Source: Octopus sinensis
Lineage: Eukaryota
Direction: 5' to 3'
DNA length: 64,000 nt
Assembly (NCBI RefSeq): GCF_006345805.1
Contig: NC_042998.1
Coordinates: 185,318,001 to 185,382,000 of the forward strand
This document shows positions 14,201 to 28,400 of this stretch, one piece after another. How positions within the stretch are numbered: position 1 is the stretch's first letter; the number at the start of each line of letters is the position of its first letter. The notes under the pieces are model-generated. The model did no database searches. It was not told the DNA's origin and was given only the letters and a program-made list of their open reading frames with translations. The position numbers and the translations under genes were made by a program.

Positions 14201-16504
14201 GCATTAGGAAGGGCATCCAGCTGTAGAAACTCTGCCAGATCAGACTGGAGCCTGGTGCAGCCATCTGGTTCGCCAGACCTCAGTCAAATTGTCCAACCCA
14301 TGCTAGCATGGAAAGCGGACGTTAAACGATGATGATGATGATTAGCATCTACTATTTTGACTACCATAAAATAAAAATTTAAACTGTGTGATGAATATTC
14401 AAATCCATTCTCACATGCATGTGTACACATACACACACATGTATATATGTGCATACACAATATACTCATGCATCTATACGCACACATGCATATACAACAA
14501 ATTTCAAAGTTTATCATAATAAAAATAATATTCACATTTCCATATAACAAAACTATCACAAGAAAAATATAATTTTTAAATGATTCACATTTTCAAGAAA
14601 TTCTTTTAACTTTTGCAACGCAGGCTTCAATTGATTCTGGAGAATGTCAGATAGCTCTGTTTTGGTTTCTTCCACCCTAGAAAGTAAAATAGAGTAACAC
14701 AAAGTATACATATGCACACATATATATCATTGGTTTCAAGTTTTGGCACAAGGCCAGAAATTTCAGGGGAGGGAGTAAACTGATTATATTCACCCCAGTG
14801 CTTGACAGGTACTTATTTTATGATGAAAGGCAAAGCTGACCTCGGCAGAATTTGAACACAGAACATAAAGACAAATGAAATGCCACCAAGCATTTTACCT
14901 GGTTTGCTAACAATTCTGCCAGCTTGCCTTACACTCTGACTTTTAATCAGAAAATGTGCACTGGCTGATAGGAGTAAGAATAAGTGACAGAATTTCCTTC
15001 ATTCCTTCAGGGTCAATAAATAAAGTGCCAATTAGGTACTAGAGTTGACCCACCATATCTCTCTTTCTCTCTCTCTCTCCCTCTCTTTTTTTTTCTTTAT
15101 TGCCCACAAGGAGCTAAACATAGAGGGGACAAACAAGGACAGACAAACAGATTAAGTCAATTACATTGATCCCAGTGCATAACTGGTACTTAATTTATCG
15201 ACCCCGAAAGGATGAAAGGCAAAGTCGACCTCGGCAGAATTTGAACTCAGAACGTAACGGCAGACGAAATACCGCTAAGCATTTTGCCCGGCATGCTAAC
15301 GTTTCTGCCAGCTCTCCCTCTCTTTCTGAAAGAAATCACCTGTAGTCAGATCTAAAGAGGGATGAACTCTGCCACATTTAAATTGCCCAAATGTCTGAAA
15401 TACTGTATGTTACAACACATCCTTACAACTCCACTAGGAGGTGAGAGTCCAAGACAAGGCAAATAGCCATAGTCAAATGAAATTGTTTTTCCATGCAAGG
15501 ATTTTAAACACTAAATAACAAAACAATTATTCAGTTAATAGAGCAGCAGCTATTAAAAATCCTCACACATTACAGCAACTCAAACAGCTAAGTTTGCAGA
15601 AAAAGTCAACTCATGCAAGTAGGGAAAGAAATATGGACACAAAATATTAAAATCAGTAATAAGCTTTTAAGCATTTCAACTATACTAAGTACATCACAAA
15701 GTTACAACTGGCCAAGACAATAGGATACTCAGCTGAAGCATCAGTAGTTGGTGTCCCATCACTGTTCTGTATCAACAAACAGTCAATTTATCTGTAAACA
15801 ACTGCTATGGTAGGTAAGAATAGGTAACTTTTTGCTGTTATACTCTGAAGGAACATTGTTTAGATGATGCTTCATGAGTTTATAGTGTTAGGTTCAAGTG
15901 TATAAGTCAACTGAAGTGAGCTGATCTGTTCAAACTGACTTGCCTAAGATACACTTTGAAGATGAAGTGAGGAAGCAGTCTTCATTTGTATTCCAATAAC
16001 TGAATACACTGTGGAACACACTGCCAATTAAAAAATCATGCTATGAGAATCATAGAACTGCTGTAAGTTCTTGGTAAAATAGTTTGTCATCTAGCTGGAA
16101 CAGTTTTATTTCCCTTTTAGCATAAATACTTTTGCAAACAACATTCAGAATGACACAGAATGAAAGAAGGCTGGATCTTTGAAATAGAGGTACTCCTCAT
16201 TTTTGCCAGGTGAGCGGACTGGAGCAACATGAAATAAAATGTCTCACTCAAGGACACAACACACAGTTGGGAATTGAACTTACAACTAAGCTACATGCTT
16301 TCACAATCATCATCATCATCATTTAACGTCTATTTTCCATGCTAGTATGGGTTGGACAGTTCAACTGGGGTCTGGGAAGCCAGTAGGCTGTGCCAGGCCC
16401 AGTCTGATCTGGCAGTGTTTCTACAGCTGGATGCCCTTCCTAACACCAACCACTCCGTGAGTGTAGTGGGTGCTTTTTACGTGCCACCTGCACAGTAAAA
16501 ATAA

Positions 16505-16552
<48 letters not shown>

Positions 16553-19500
16553 CCGTTGCCAGCCTCGCCTGGCACGTAAAAAGCACCCACTACACTCACG
16601 GAGTGGTTGGCATTAGGAAGGGCATCAAGCTGTAGAAACACTGTCAGATCAGACTGGAGCCTGGACATTAAACGATGATGATGATGATGAACATAAATTC
16701 AAAAACATCTATGTGGTTAAGAAGCTTGCTTGGCAATCATGTGGTTTCAGATTCAGCCCCACCACACAGCACCTTGAGCTTCTTCTACTATGGCCTTAAG
16801 CCAGTCAATGCCTTCAAAGTGACTTTGGTAGATGGAAACTGTGTGGAAGCAGATGTGCGTGGGTTTTTGCATTTGTCAGCCGCCACCACTTGGCAACTGG
16901 TGTTGGTTTATTTACATTCTCATATCTCGCCAGTTTGACAAAAGAGACCATTAGAATAAGTAATCAGACTTAAAATATAAGCACTTGTTCAATTAAGTCT
17001 TTTGAGGTGGTACCCCAGCATGGCCACAGTTCAATGACTGAATCAAGTAAAAGATAAAAGATATATATCAAACTATGGATAATTCTCATATCATGGTGAA
17101 GTGCCTAGAAACTAGTAGAGTATCTGACTATGAACAAATACTCAGTTGCAAAATATATATATCCACTAACAATTCATGAAGTAGTATCCAGCTGCAAAAG
17201 CACACTCTAATTGTCCACAGATATAACAAACATATAAAATAAACACCATAGCAAAAACAAAGAGGAGAATTATAAACTCCAGGATAATACTTACATTCCT
17301 AACAGTTTCTCATTAGTTGGTGTCTTTTTAAATGGGTTTAAAAACACTGAAGTTCCACTGTCTATTTTCTTTATTAAGTCTTCTAGTTGTTGAGGAACTT
17401 CTTTCTAGAAAATAAGTAAATTATAAATATAAAGAAAGGAAAACAAATAAAAAAAATTTTTAATACTAATATTTGTTGCCAGTGCTGCTGGACTGACTCC
17501 TGTGCATTGGCACATAAAAACACCATTCATGGTCGTTGCCAGTTCCGCCAGATTGGCCCTCGTGCCGGTGGCATGTAAAAGCACCCACTACACTCTCGGA
17601 GCGGTTGGCATTAGGAAGGGCATCCAGCTGTAGAAACTCTGCCAGATCAGATTAGAGCCTGGCGCAGCCATCTGGTTCGCCAGTCCTCAGTCAAATCGTC
17701 CAACCCATGCTAGTATGGAAAGCGGACGTTAAACGATGATGATGATGATGATCTGGTTCCACATGAAATCTTGAATGGTCAGAGTTTTTGATAATGTTGG
17801 TAATATTCTAGTGAATTATGATTGAGTTGTTTTTTTGCATCAGATATAGTGGTCTGGGTTTGATTGCTAAATATTCCTGCTACAACCCTGAGTAAACATT
17901 GCCTTGAGTACACAGACATGCTATTCTGAAGTGAGGATTCTTTAGTTTTCACAAGATGGAAGATAGCCTCACTAACGCTGATGCCATGATAAAATGCACC
18001 CAGTACACTCTGTAATGAAGTTAGTAAATGAGTGCAGACAAAGTAGAGTGGTGAGGACTTTTTAGTGTTACTGAGAACATGACAACCTCTCTAGTGCTGA
18101 TGCCACAATAAATGGTTGGTATTACGAAGGGAAACCAGCCATAGAAACTGAACTAAAAACGACATGTATGTAAGTGATAACTGCGAATAACTTGGAATGT
18201 GATGACATATCTAACTCATAATGTTTCTTTCTGCACAGAAAGCAGGCAGAAAATAATGATGACACTGATGATGTAATAAATGAAAATAGATTAGATGTAA
18301 CATACCACTGACTCAATAGGACAAATCATCTTCTTCTCAATTCCCTCCAGCAAAATGGCTTCTATATCACCCAACTGAAACAAAATTATTATAGAATTTA
18401 ATATAGAAGCAACTAGATGCAATCAGCTTTAGAACTTTTCCCAGATATTCAGCTTCAAATCTTTAAAATCTTTTAAAAACATTATTGTATTATTTAGCAT
18501 CTAATTACTGGTTTCAAGTAATAAGCATTAGACAACATACTTTAAACAATCTAAATTTGGAATTCAAATCTTGCTCAAGTAAAGTTTACACTTGACCCTA
18601 TGGAGGTTATAAAATAAATAGTAATTCTACTGAAAGAAAAGTTTACAATAGAAGTGGTACGAAACTCTAACATTAGGTAAAAATGAAAGAAATGTGTAAC
18701 ATTATGTGTCAGCCATTTTTACAAAATTTCAACAAATTGGCAATAAAAAGCCATTCTAATTTTACCTGTCAAACAACTTTTTTTTTATTCCAAGGATTTA
18801 GATCTGCATTTCATCCACTGGGTTAATTAAAACAAGAAGAATATGCCCATCTAACTCTTTAATAGACACTGCTGTTCAAAATAAGATCAGCAATTTCTAC
18901 AGAAAATGCTACCATAGATGTGTAGAAATGGATATTTACATAAATCAATGCAGTGTTCTCAGTTTGAATCAGCCATAAAGCTAAACTGGTAAAGACAAGG
19001 AAATAAAGTCAGCTGTAACAGAGTATGCTAAGGCATTCCATCCATGACCAACTTGTCCTTCATTCAGACAATATCATCCAACATGCCCCTACTTTATAAG
19101 GCAGTAGGCTGTAATTTGAAGGAGATTAGCTGTTATTTCTAACAGGTCAAGGGACCACATAGAAGGTGCTTCACTGGCTTTAGGGATTAACATATATTGC
19201 ACAGAGTAATTTTAATATCCCTAATGAGCTTTGATTTTAATAAATTCAGTACATTGAACAAAAGACCTGAACCTAATCATTCAACTTGCTAAAATCAGCA
19301 ACTGTATATCTCCCTCATATCTATTTCTTTATTACCCACAAGGGGCTAAACACAGAGAGGACAAACAGGGACAGACATAGGTATTAAGTCGATTACATCG
19401 ACCCCAGTGCGTAACTGGTACTTAATTTATCGACCCCGAAAGGAGGAAAGGCAAAGTCGACCTCGGCGGAATTTGAACTCACAACGTAACGACAGACGAA

Positions 19501-22500
19501 ATACAGCTACGCATTTCGCCCGGCGTGCTAACGTTTCTGCCAGCTCGCCGCCTTATCTCCCTTATATCATACCCTACCACCCTAGAAAAGGGAGATACTT
19601 TGGAAATATGATCCTAGATACATTACACATGAGGAAAACAAACAAGACAGTCATGTTTGGACTGTTACAGATCACTACTGTTTGATCAGAGCTGACTTGG
19701 AGCCAATAAGAATAGCAACAAATCCAGCAAAACCCTACACCATTACAAATCTACTACTGAAACTGCACAAAAGACTGTAACTTATCTGAACAGCAGATAT
19801 GAAATTCAAAATGAAAATTATGTTAATAAACGCACAAAAGTTACTAACTCTACTGTTTATATAGAGCAGATTCTTTCAGTTTTCACAGAAAGCCAGATAT
19901 TAAGCACAACACAACAGAATGTTAACACCAATTTTATAAAATATTTTGGAAACTGGTTACTTAATGGAAAGTTATTAATATTATTGGGGGACTGGTTTTA
20001 GTGTTCTGTCAAAATTATTTTGACCCTTTCTTTGTATAAGTGCTCAATCTGTTGGGCATTAGCATTCAATCTTGCTAATAAAGTAGATCTCTGATAACTT
20101 GCCAGTGGTACGTAAGAGAACCATCCGAACATGGCCATTGCCAGCGCCACCCCGACTGGCCTTGTGCTGGTGGCACGTAAAAAGCACCATCCGATCGTGG
20201 CTGTTGCCAGCCTCGTCTGGCACGTAAAAAGCACCCACTACACTCTCAGAGTGGTTGGCGTTAGGAAAGGCATCTAGCTGTAGAAACATTTCCAGATTAG
20301 ACTAGGCCTGGTGCAGCCTTCTGGCTTCCCAGACCCCAGTTGAACCGTCCAACCCATGCCAGCATGGAAAGCGGATGCTAAACGATGATGATGATGATGA
20401 TGAACTTGCCATATGGTAACACAGCTATGATTAGTTCTATACATGGACTTGTTATTGAATGTTTGCTTTGATATTTCTCCCTTTATTCACAAGTCATTGA
20501 ATCCATGCTCAAGATGTGCTTATGTCATCATTATCAGCATTTCTTTATCAATAAAAAAAATAGATAACAAACTTAAAATTTACAGTAGTTTACTTATTGC
20601 TAGATATATTCCAGATTTGCTTTTGTTTTTTTTTTGTTTTTTTACTTCTATTATATATCGGCCAAATCAGCAGAACAGCTATTCATCCAATTCTATCTTT
20701 TATCATCAAATATACACTTTTCAATTTTCTGTTATCTATTGTATATTACATTCCAATCTCTCTAGGCCTACTGTTATCTAGATTAAGAAACCAAGATAAT
20801 TATTGCAAGCCATGAATGAACTTGCAATAATTGCTCATACACACTGCATTCATCTCCTATGAGGTTAGTTTAACTTACCTGCTTTACAAAACTCTTCATA
20901 CAGGCAACATATTTCTTGTAGTCAGCTTCTTCCTTAAACTGCATCCAATCAATACGGAACATAAAATTTATGTGTGGATTTTCTAGGAAACTGATAGGAA
21001 AGTAGTAGCTAGAAGATAAGGAAAAATAGTAATTAACAAACAAGTTGCAATACTAAAGGATTGTAAGCCCAAGTTTCAAATTTGGTGTACTGAGAAATTA
21101 TTCATCATTAGAGAAGGAACTGGAAAAATGATTTCCAAAGTTTATCACTCATGAATTGAAACTCAACCATTGTCAAAGGAATTAACCATTTTTTGTTGAT
21201 CAAATGGCTATCACAGCAGTAGTTGAGTTAAAGTTGCTGAAATTAATTCACTGTGAGACAGAGAAGAGAGATATGTACATCAGGTGATTCAGAGTAACAG
21301 TGTTTATCAGAGAGAGAAGGATAGACAGACAGAGATTGAAAAGCTAATAAAGAAATAAAGAGTAACTTACCCCATGAAGTCTAAACCTTTAAGAGTGCTC
21401 TCAAGATCTTCTTTCAGCAAACGAAGATTTATTTTGGAGTCATGATCAAGATCTGACATGTCTATAGCAGAAGCTTCTTTCAAAAATCCTTCTATGATTG
21501 GCTGTAACCATATTAAAAAGGAAAAGAAACAAAAGAACAGTAACAATTTATAAAGGTTTAAAGAAGAAAGTTTAGAATCAATATGATATTATTTACAGTA
21601 AAATTCAAACCAGAACATCAATCTCTAAGCTAAGTGCTGTTAGCAAAGAATTTTGCAACACTAGAAGTTTTTCAACAAAGAATTTTCTATGCTAGATTAT
21701 CTTCCTTGTTTTGTTATTTGAAGTAAAAACACTCAATCATAATATTTTTGTTTTCATCATCATTATCGTCATCATTTAACATCCTCCTTCCATGCTGGCA
21801 GGGGTTTTACAGGAACTGACATGTCAGAAGACTGTGCCAAGCTCTAAATCCTTTCAGACTTGTGGGCAAATTGATGCTTAATTTGAACTTCTGTAGGTTG
21901 ACATTTGAAGAAAACTGGACACTAAACTCTGTTTGTGAAGACCTGTTGAGGCAAGTGAAATTGAAATCAAATTCGATGACTGGCATCCATGCTAGTGGAG
22001 CACTACGAGTACCATATGAGTGAGATTGCTGCCAGAGCAACAAGCTGACCTCAGTGCCGATGCATGCAAAAAGCACCATTTGAGTGTGATCGTTACCTGC
22101 GTTGCCTTGCTGGCACTTGTGCTGGTGGCACATGAAAAAACATTCGAGCGAGGTCATTGCCAGTGCCACTGGACTGGCTCCTGTGCAGGTGGCACATAAA
22201 AAGCACCATTTGAGCGTGGCCGTTGCCAGTACTGCCTGACTGGCCCTTGTGCCGGTGGCACGTAAAAACACCCACTACACTCTTGGAGTGGTTGGCATCC
22301 AGCTGTAGAAACTCTGCCAGATCGGATTAGAGTCTGGTGCAGCCATCTGGTTCGCCAGCCCTCAGTCAAATCATCCAACCCATGCTAGCATGGAAAACAG
22401 ACGTTAAACGATGATGATAATGATGATGATGATAGAAGGGCATTCCAGAGGGCAGCAGCTTTAATTGAGAATTGATTGACAAAGGAATTATAACAGGATC

Positions 22501-25398
22501 TAGGGTAAGATGCAGAAGCTACAATGTGAGGAGAAGCAAGTAAGACAGATGAGTCTGGATGGAAGTGTATGCAACTTGCTGGTTCAGAATAGTGAAAACA
22601 GTTGTTGTAGCAGAGAGAAGAAACTTTTTTTTTTTTTTTGTAAGTACTACTGCTTGTTTTATTTTATCAGTTTGATCTGCAAGAAGAGGTTACACCCATA
22701 GTCTGCACAAGCTCTCCAAGATTGGTGAAATTTATATGGTTACTGTTCCTATTTAAAAAGTTAATAGCTGCCAGATAACATATTCAGAGAAGAATTTTTC
22801 AACAGACTAAGGCTCTGGGGAGAAAGGACTGAGAATAGTGATTAATCTGTGACCTTGAGATATGGAACACAATACAAGCCTCAAGAACAAATCCCACGGG
22901 TGAGTAATATGAACGAATAGGTCTCTAGTAGATCTGGCTTTACCACAACTGATTCTCAAAACAACACTCCAGTTGTATCTCCATGTAAGACTATATTATG
23001 TTGCTGTACACATTTAACCTGCTTGATGGTGGGATATTAATCCAACTTCATTGGTTATAGAAGCAGCATGCTTCTGTAAGTGGAAAGTTGAAGTATAAAG
23101 TAGAAAGTTTGAATACTTGGGTTCAGTGAGTTGGTTATAATGAAAAGTCAAGTGCAGGAGTCGCTGTGTGTTAAGTAGCTTGTTTACCAACCACATGGTT
23201 CCAGGTTCAGTCCCACTGCATGGCACCTTGGGCAAGTGTCTTCTACTATAGCCTCGGGCCGACCAAAGCCTTGTGAGTGGATTTGGTAGACGGAAACTGA
23301 AAGAAGCCCGTCGTATATATGTATATATATATATATATATGCGTGCGTGTGTTTGTGTGTCTGTGTTTTTCCCCCTAGCATTGCTTGACAACCGATGCTG
23401 GTGTGTTTATGTCCCCATTACTTAGCGGTTCGGCAAAAGAGACCGATAGAATAAGTACTGGGCTTACAAAAGAATAAGTCCTGGGGTCGATTTACTCGAT
23501 TAAAAGGCGGTGCTCCAGCATGTCCGCAGTCAAATGACTGAAACAAGTAAAAGAGTAAAAGAGTAAAGAGTATGAGAGACAGAGAAATAGATGAAAACAG
23601 AGGGTTTGGGTCAAGGCAGTGTGCAGCCAACACAGTCTAACAGAGTGGTGTTAGAAGAGACACAATGTAAACATGGTACAAAGTTAGGCTTAAGAACACC
23701 AGTAATCAGATAGTCACAACCCTATATTTGAGACCTGAATATATAATAATAATAATAATAATTGTGTACAGTGCTCAGGTGCACTACAACTCATCTAAAG
23801 TGTATATATAATCAGGTGTAGTTTCGACGGATTTCGGGAAGCATGAGGGCCTTAAAGGATGCAGTGTCATGGCAGTCAGCAACTGACGCAGGCAGTTTAT
23901 TCCACGCTTCAGCAACCCTGAGCGTGAAAAAATGTTTCCGAAAGTCATGGGAGCTGTGCTGTTTTCTGACTTTGTAGGCATGTCCACGTGTGTTAGACAC
24001 ATGGAGATCAAAAAGGTGTTCAGTGTTGTTGTTGGTGAGGTGGTTGATAACCTTGTGGGTGTTTACCAAGTCCGTCGCTAGACGCCGGAGCTTCAGTGAA
24101 TCCATGCCCAGGGAAACAAGGCGCTCAGAATATGGTAGGTGTCTGATGGAGGGTATGTGTTTGGTTGCACGTCTCTGGACAGATTCCAGGAGGTCAATGT
24201 TCTGAGCAAGATAGGGATTCCAAACTGATGATGCGAATTCCAAGTGTGGTCGTACCATAGCTGTATACAGTTTTAAATAGATGGCTGGAGAGCGGCTAAC
24301 AAAAGTCTTGCTGAGTGATGCCAAGACACCCTCGGCCTTCTTGACAATTTTAGAGATATGCTTTGTCCAACGCAAATGTTGAATATCTGCTAGATATGTT
24401 GAATATCTGCTAGATACAATTACTTAGTAGCTTAAACTGTTATTTGCTGTAAAGGTAAAACTAAAATTGAATATAGTTTTCACAATGTTGGAGATATAAA
24501 ACTGTCAAAGGCAATAAATCTTTGCACAGATAAAAATGATGATAAATGTTCATGAAAATTAAGAGTATAACGTGATATTTTTCTTTAAAATCAATAATAT
24601 TTTGTTTTGGAAAAGCTTTTTAAACATTACCAAGGTGTAACAGCCTAATTTGAATAAAATTTTATCCTTAATCCTTTCATTACAGAATTCCTGCTAAAAT
24701 ATACTGCCTTTGTTTTAAATAATTTTGGTAATAATGAAGAATTTAGTAAAATAACTTTATCAGAATTAAACTGGAGTTTAGTACATAAATTAACATGAAA
24801 TTTTTACAGAAGGTTTTAATTTAGTTCATTTTAAAATAGGAAGTTTTCATCATAGATCCATGGGCAGTTTGGTATCAAAAGGGTTAATGATGGAAAAACC
24901 AGTACCTTTTGCTTCTTGTAAGCGTCAACACTTAAGTCATCTACTCTATCATTATACTCCATTTTCCCACAAAAAGCAGCAAAATCAGGGCTGTCATCAA
25001 GACGCCACTGCCAAAACCTTTCATATAAGTCTTCAAGTTTTTCACATTTACCCCTGAAAAATATAAAGTGATTATTGATAACAGGCAAAATGTCGACATA
25101 GTGCTCTTAATAATATGCACAATAATTACAAAACAGCAACAACAATAATAATCCTTTCTACTATATGCACAAGGCCTGAAATTTTTTGGGGAGGGTGGGG
25201 GGGGGGTAATTGATTACATCGACCCCAGTGTTATACTGGTACTTAATTTATTGACCCCACAAAAGGATGAAAGGTAAAGTCAACCTCAGCAGAAACTGAA
25301 CTCGGAACGTAAAGACAGAAAAATGCTAAGCATTTTGCCAGGTATACTAACAATTCTGCCAGCTTGCTGCCTTTGCTGCTGCGGCGGCGACGACAACA

Positions 25399-25429
<31 letters not shown>

Positions 25430-28400
25430 CTTCAAATTTTGGTAAAAAGCAAGCAATTTTAGGGGCGGGAGTAAGTTGATTACAGCATAAGGAGTTTATA
25501 CCTACACCTTTGCCCATCATGCGGGTCACTTCCCTGAAGATACCAAGGTCCTGTTTTCTTTCCTATTCACAGAAACTTTCATCATTGCTTACTTTAGGAT
25601 CTCTCAATTCTATGTTTAGCTTCCAAACTTAGAATTTTCAATGTAATTCCACTATAGAGTCAACATATAAGAGTTCCTCTGTGATGGTCCATGGGACTAT
25701 AATGAATAGAAGACTGAGGATTGAGATATGGTGGACTTTTACCTTCATGATAATTCCTCACTGAAATTATTATTGATTGTTACTTTACTTACTGCATCTT
25801 TGTACATAACTTGTACAATCCTCACAAGCCATTTGTCTACATCTAGTTTCCTCAGTGACCATCAAATTACAGAACATGGTACCCTGACAAATGTATTCCC
25901 CAATCAATGGTGCAGCCATCTGGCAAACCAGATGGCTGCACCAGACTCCACTCTGCCAGATCAGATTGGAGTCTGGTGCAGCCATCTGGTTCGCCAGACC
26001 TCTGTCAAATCATCTAACCCATGCTAGCATGGAAGGCAAACGTTAAACGATGATGATGATGATGAATAGAAACCAGGAATAGTACTTCAATACTGAACCA
26101 ATAGAGGACCCACACACACACAGGTTTGTGCATACACACACAAATAGTGTGTGTATAGTGCCTTTGTCAGTCAATATTTACAATGTACATGCAGGTCTGG
26201 ACAAGATTTTGTAAGAAGACACACACACAGAAATAAATAAATATTAATAATAACAAAGAGTATGGAGACTAGTACATCCACGAAATTTATTTTATAATTA
26301 TATACAGCATATTACAATGACCTAGATGTGTTTCTGCTGCAGTAACTAATCACTGTTGCAAATGTTACCTTGCAATATCGTTGGTGCAGCTTCATCAGAG
26401 CCTTTCCATTTGGTCATCCTCAAAGTGAACTGACTGAAGTAAATTCATGTCAGTTAGTGTTCTGTGGGAGTGGAAGTGTTGTAATTTATAAGTATATGCT
26501 GTTGACCTCAACTTCACTCCAATCCAAAGTTAGGGCTTGGTCTTAAAATAGGTTAAAGTCAAAACTATTGTTTTTGTAAGGTTCTTTGTTCATTTTAATG
26601 GTTGTGCATGTTATTTTTCCATCTCTTTTTGGACAGATGTGCATTGCTTAGAGAGCCTGGAGACAACCTTTGACTATTCTAACAGCCTTGATCCCATCCT
26701 TTTTCTTCAGGATGATGCAGATTATTGATGCTTCGGCCGTATTGAGTGCACTGTCCACTACACACTCCCTTCTCATGTTTATCAATGATTTCCTTCTTCA
26801 ATTCTATCGCAATCAGCTTTGTCTTCTTGGTACTGTCCTTTGCATTAACCTTCTTAGGACTCATGACTTCTTCGTTTAGCGTCCGTTTTCCATGCTAGCA
26901 TGGGTTGGATGGTTCAACTGGGGTCTGGGAAGCCAGAAGGCTGCACCAGGCCCAGTCTGATCTGGCAATGTTTCTACAGTTGGATGTCCTTCCTAACGCC
27001 AACCACTCCGCGAGTGTAGTGGGTGCTTTGTACGTGCCACCGGCACAGGTGCCAAATGAGGCTGGCAAACGGCCACGATCGGATGGTGCTTTTTACGTGC
27101 CACTGGCATGGGAGCCAGGGAGGCTGGCAATGGCCCGAGGCTAATAGTAAAAGTGCACAAAACCAAAAAAAAAAAAAACACTGCAAGAAACACAATAGGG
27201 ATGCTGTCACAATGAGATAAACACATGAACTGAGCGAACAGAGGCTGCTCTTGTTGGGAGAGCATGTGCAAGCTCAGTGCCAATGAGCAGTCGCTTGTAT
27301 GAAACTCGCTTGTAATGTGAATTTCCGCTCATACTTCAAGACAAAAATTCGCTTGAGCCTCGGCTCATACAGCAAATTGCTCATACTGCAAGGTTCTACA
27401 GTATTTCCTTCTCAGTTGAAATTGAAGTTTCAGGTTTAAGAATTCAACCACTAAGCAATGGAAAATAGACTTAGAGAGAGAGGCTGTTTTAATTATAAAC
27501 ATATACAGCTTTAAATATTTAAGTAGAGGTTATCCTTTATTTTATCTGTCTCTAGCTTGTATCAAGTGCTTGCAGCTGACTAAAAAGAAGAGGAAACATG
27601 AAACAAAATTTTTATCAAATTTCATAAAAAATACAACAGATTTTTTCTAACCAAATATATTAAATATATGTTTTGATAAGTGTGCCTACGTATGTTAATT
27701 TGTTGCTCTTGAGAACACTTATGTAAATGTTGCAAACACCCATTATGTGTAATTCCAAGGCTAACAATACTATTATCAAAATACATAATTAAGATATGAA
27801 ATAATGTAATAAAATACAGGTTTGATATGTGTGTGGGTGTATGAAAGAGAGAGAGAAATTGGGAGATAATGTCTTCATACTGAGATAATTACAAAAAGTT
27901 GCTAGCCAAGTGTAAGCCTCTCTACCCAGCATTTGTTGATTTCGAGGAGTGTTACAATCTATTGTCTGATAGTTACTAAGGAAACCATGAGTTGAATGGT
28001 CGGGGGGAAAGCAGCACAATCTATGTAAAGAGATCAACTAAATTTAGGTAACCATGCAGCTCTACTACAAGAACCTGCACTTCCCCCAACTTTTCTGTCA
28101 AACTGTATCCTCTCAATCTCTAAAATAAAGCTGACAACCCATTTCTTCGAAGTATACACTCTTGGAAGCTGCATGGCAACCTCAGTAGTACTGGTGCCAT
28201 GAAAAAATATACCCAGTACACTCTGTAATTGGTTGGCATTAGGATGAGCCTAGGATGAGCATGACCCTAACTATGCCAAAGCAGACAGTGGAGCATGATG
28301 CAGTCCTTGGCCTCATTGAATCCTGTCAACCCATCCAACCTATGCCAGTATAGAACACAGATGCTAAATTATCATCATCATCTTCATCATCGTTTAACGT

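Noticed and set aside
20025-20090. Possible extra in-frame DUF885 exon [22 protein letters not shown]
   Set aside because: It resembles the family's LARL motif, but the equivalent region is already encoded by exon 20879-21008, the acceptor has no pyrimidine tract and comes from a SINE edge, and the donor (GTCAAA) is poor. Junction reads would settle it.
21930-22270. CRISPR-like repeat/spacer pattern (palindromic constant unit plus ~40-nt variable segments)
   Set aside because: The variable segments are homologous to each other, recur in the same order in many dispersed SINE copies, and there are no cas genes; the context is eukaryotic intron.
470-25053. Bacterial contamination as the source of the DUF885 sequence
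   Set aside because: The coding sequence is split by at least 11 large GT-AG introns filled with host SINEs and is linked to SEC63.
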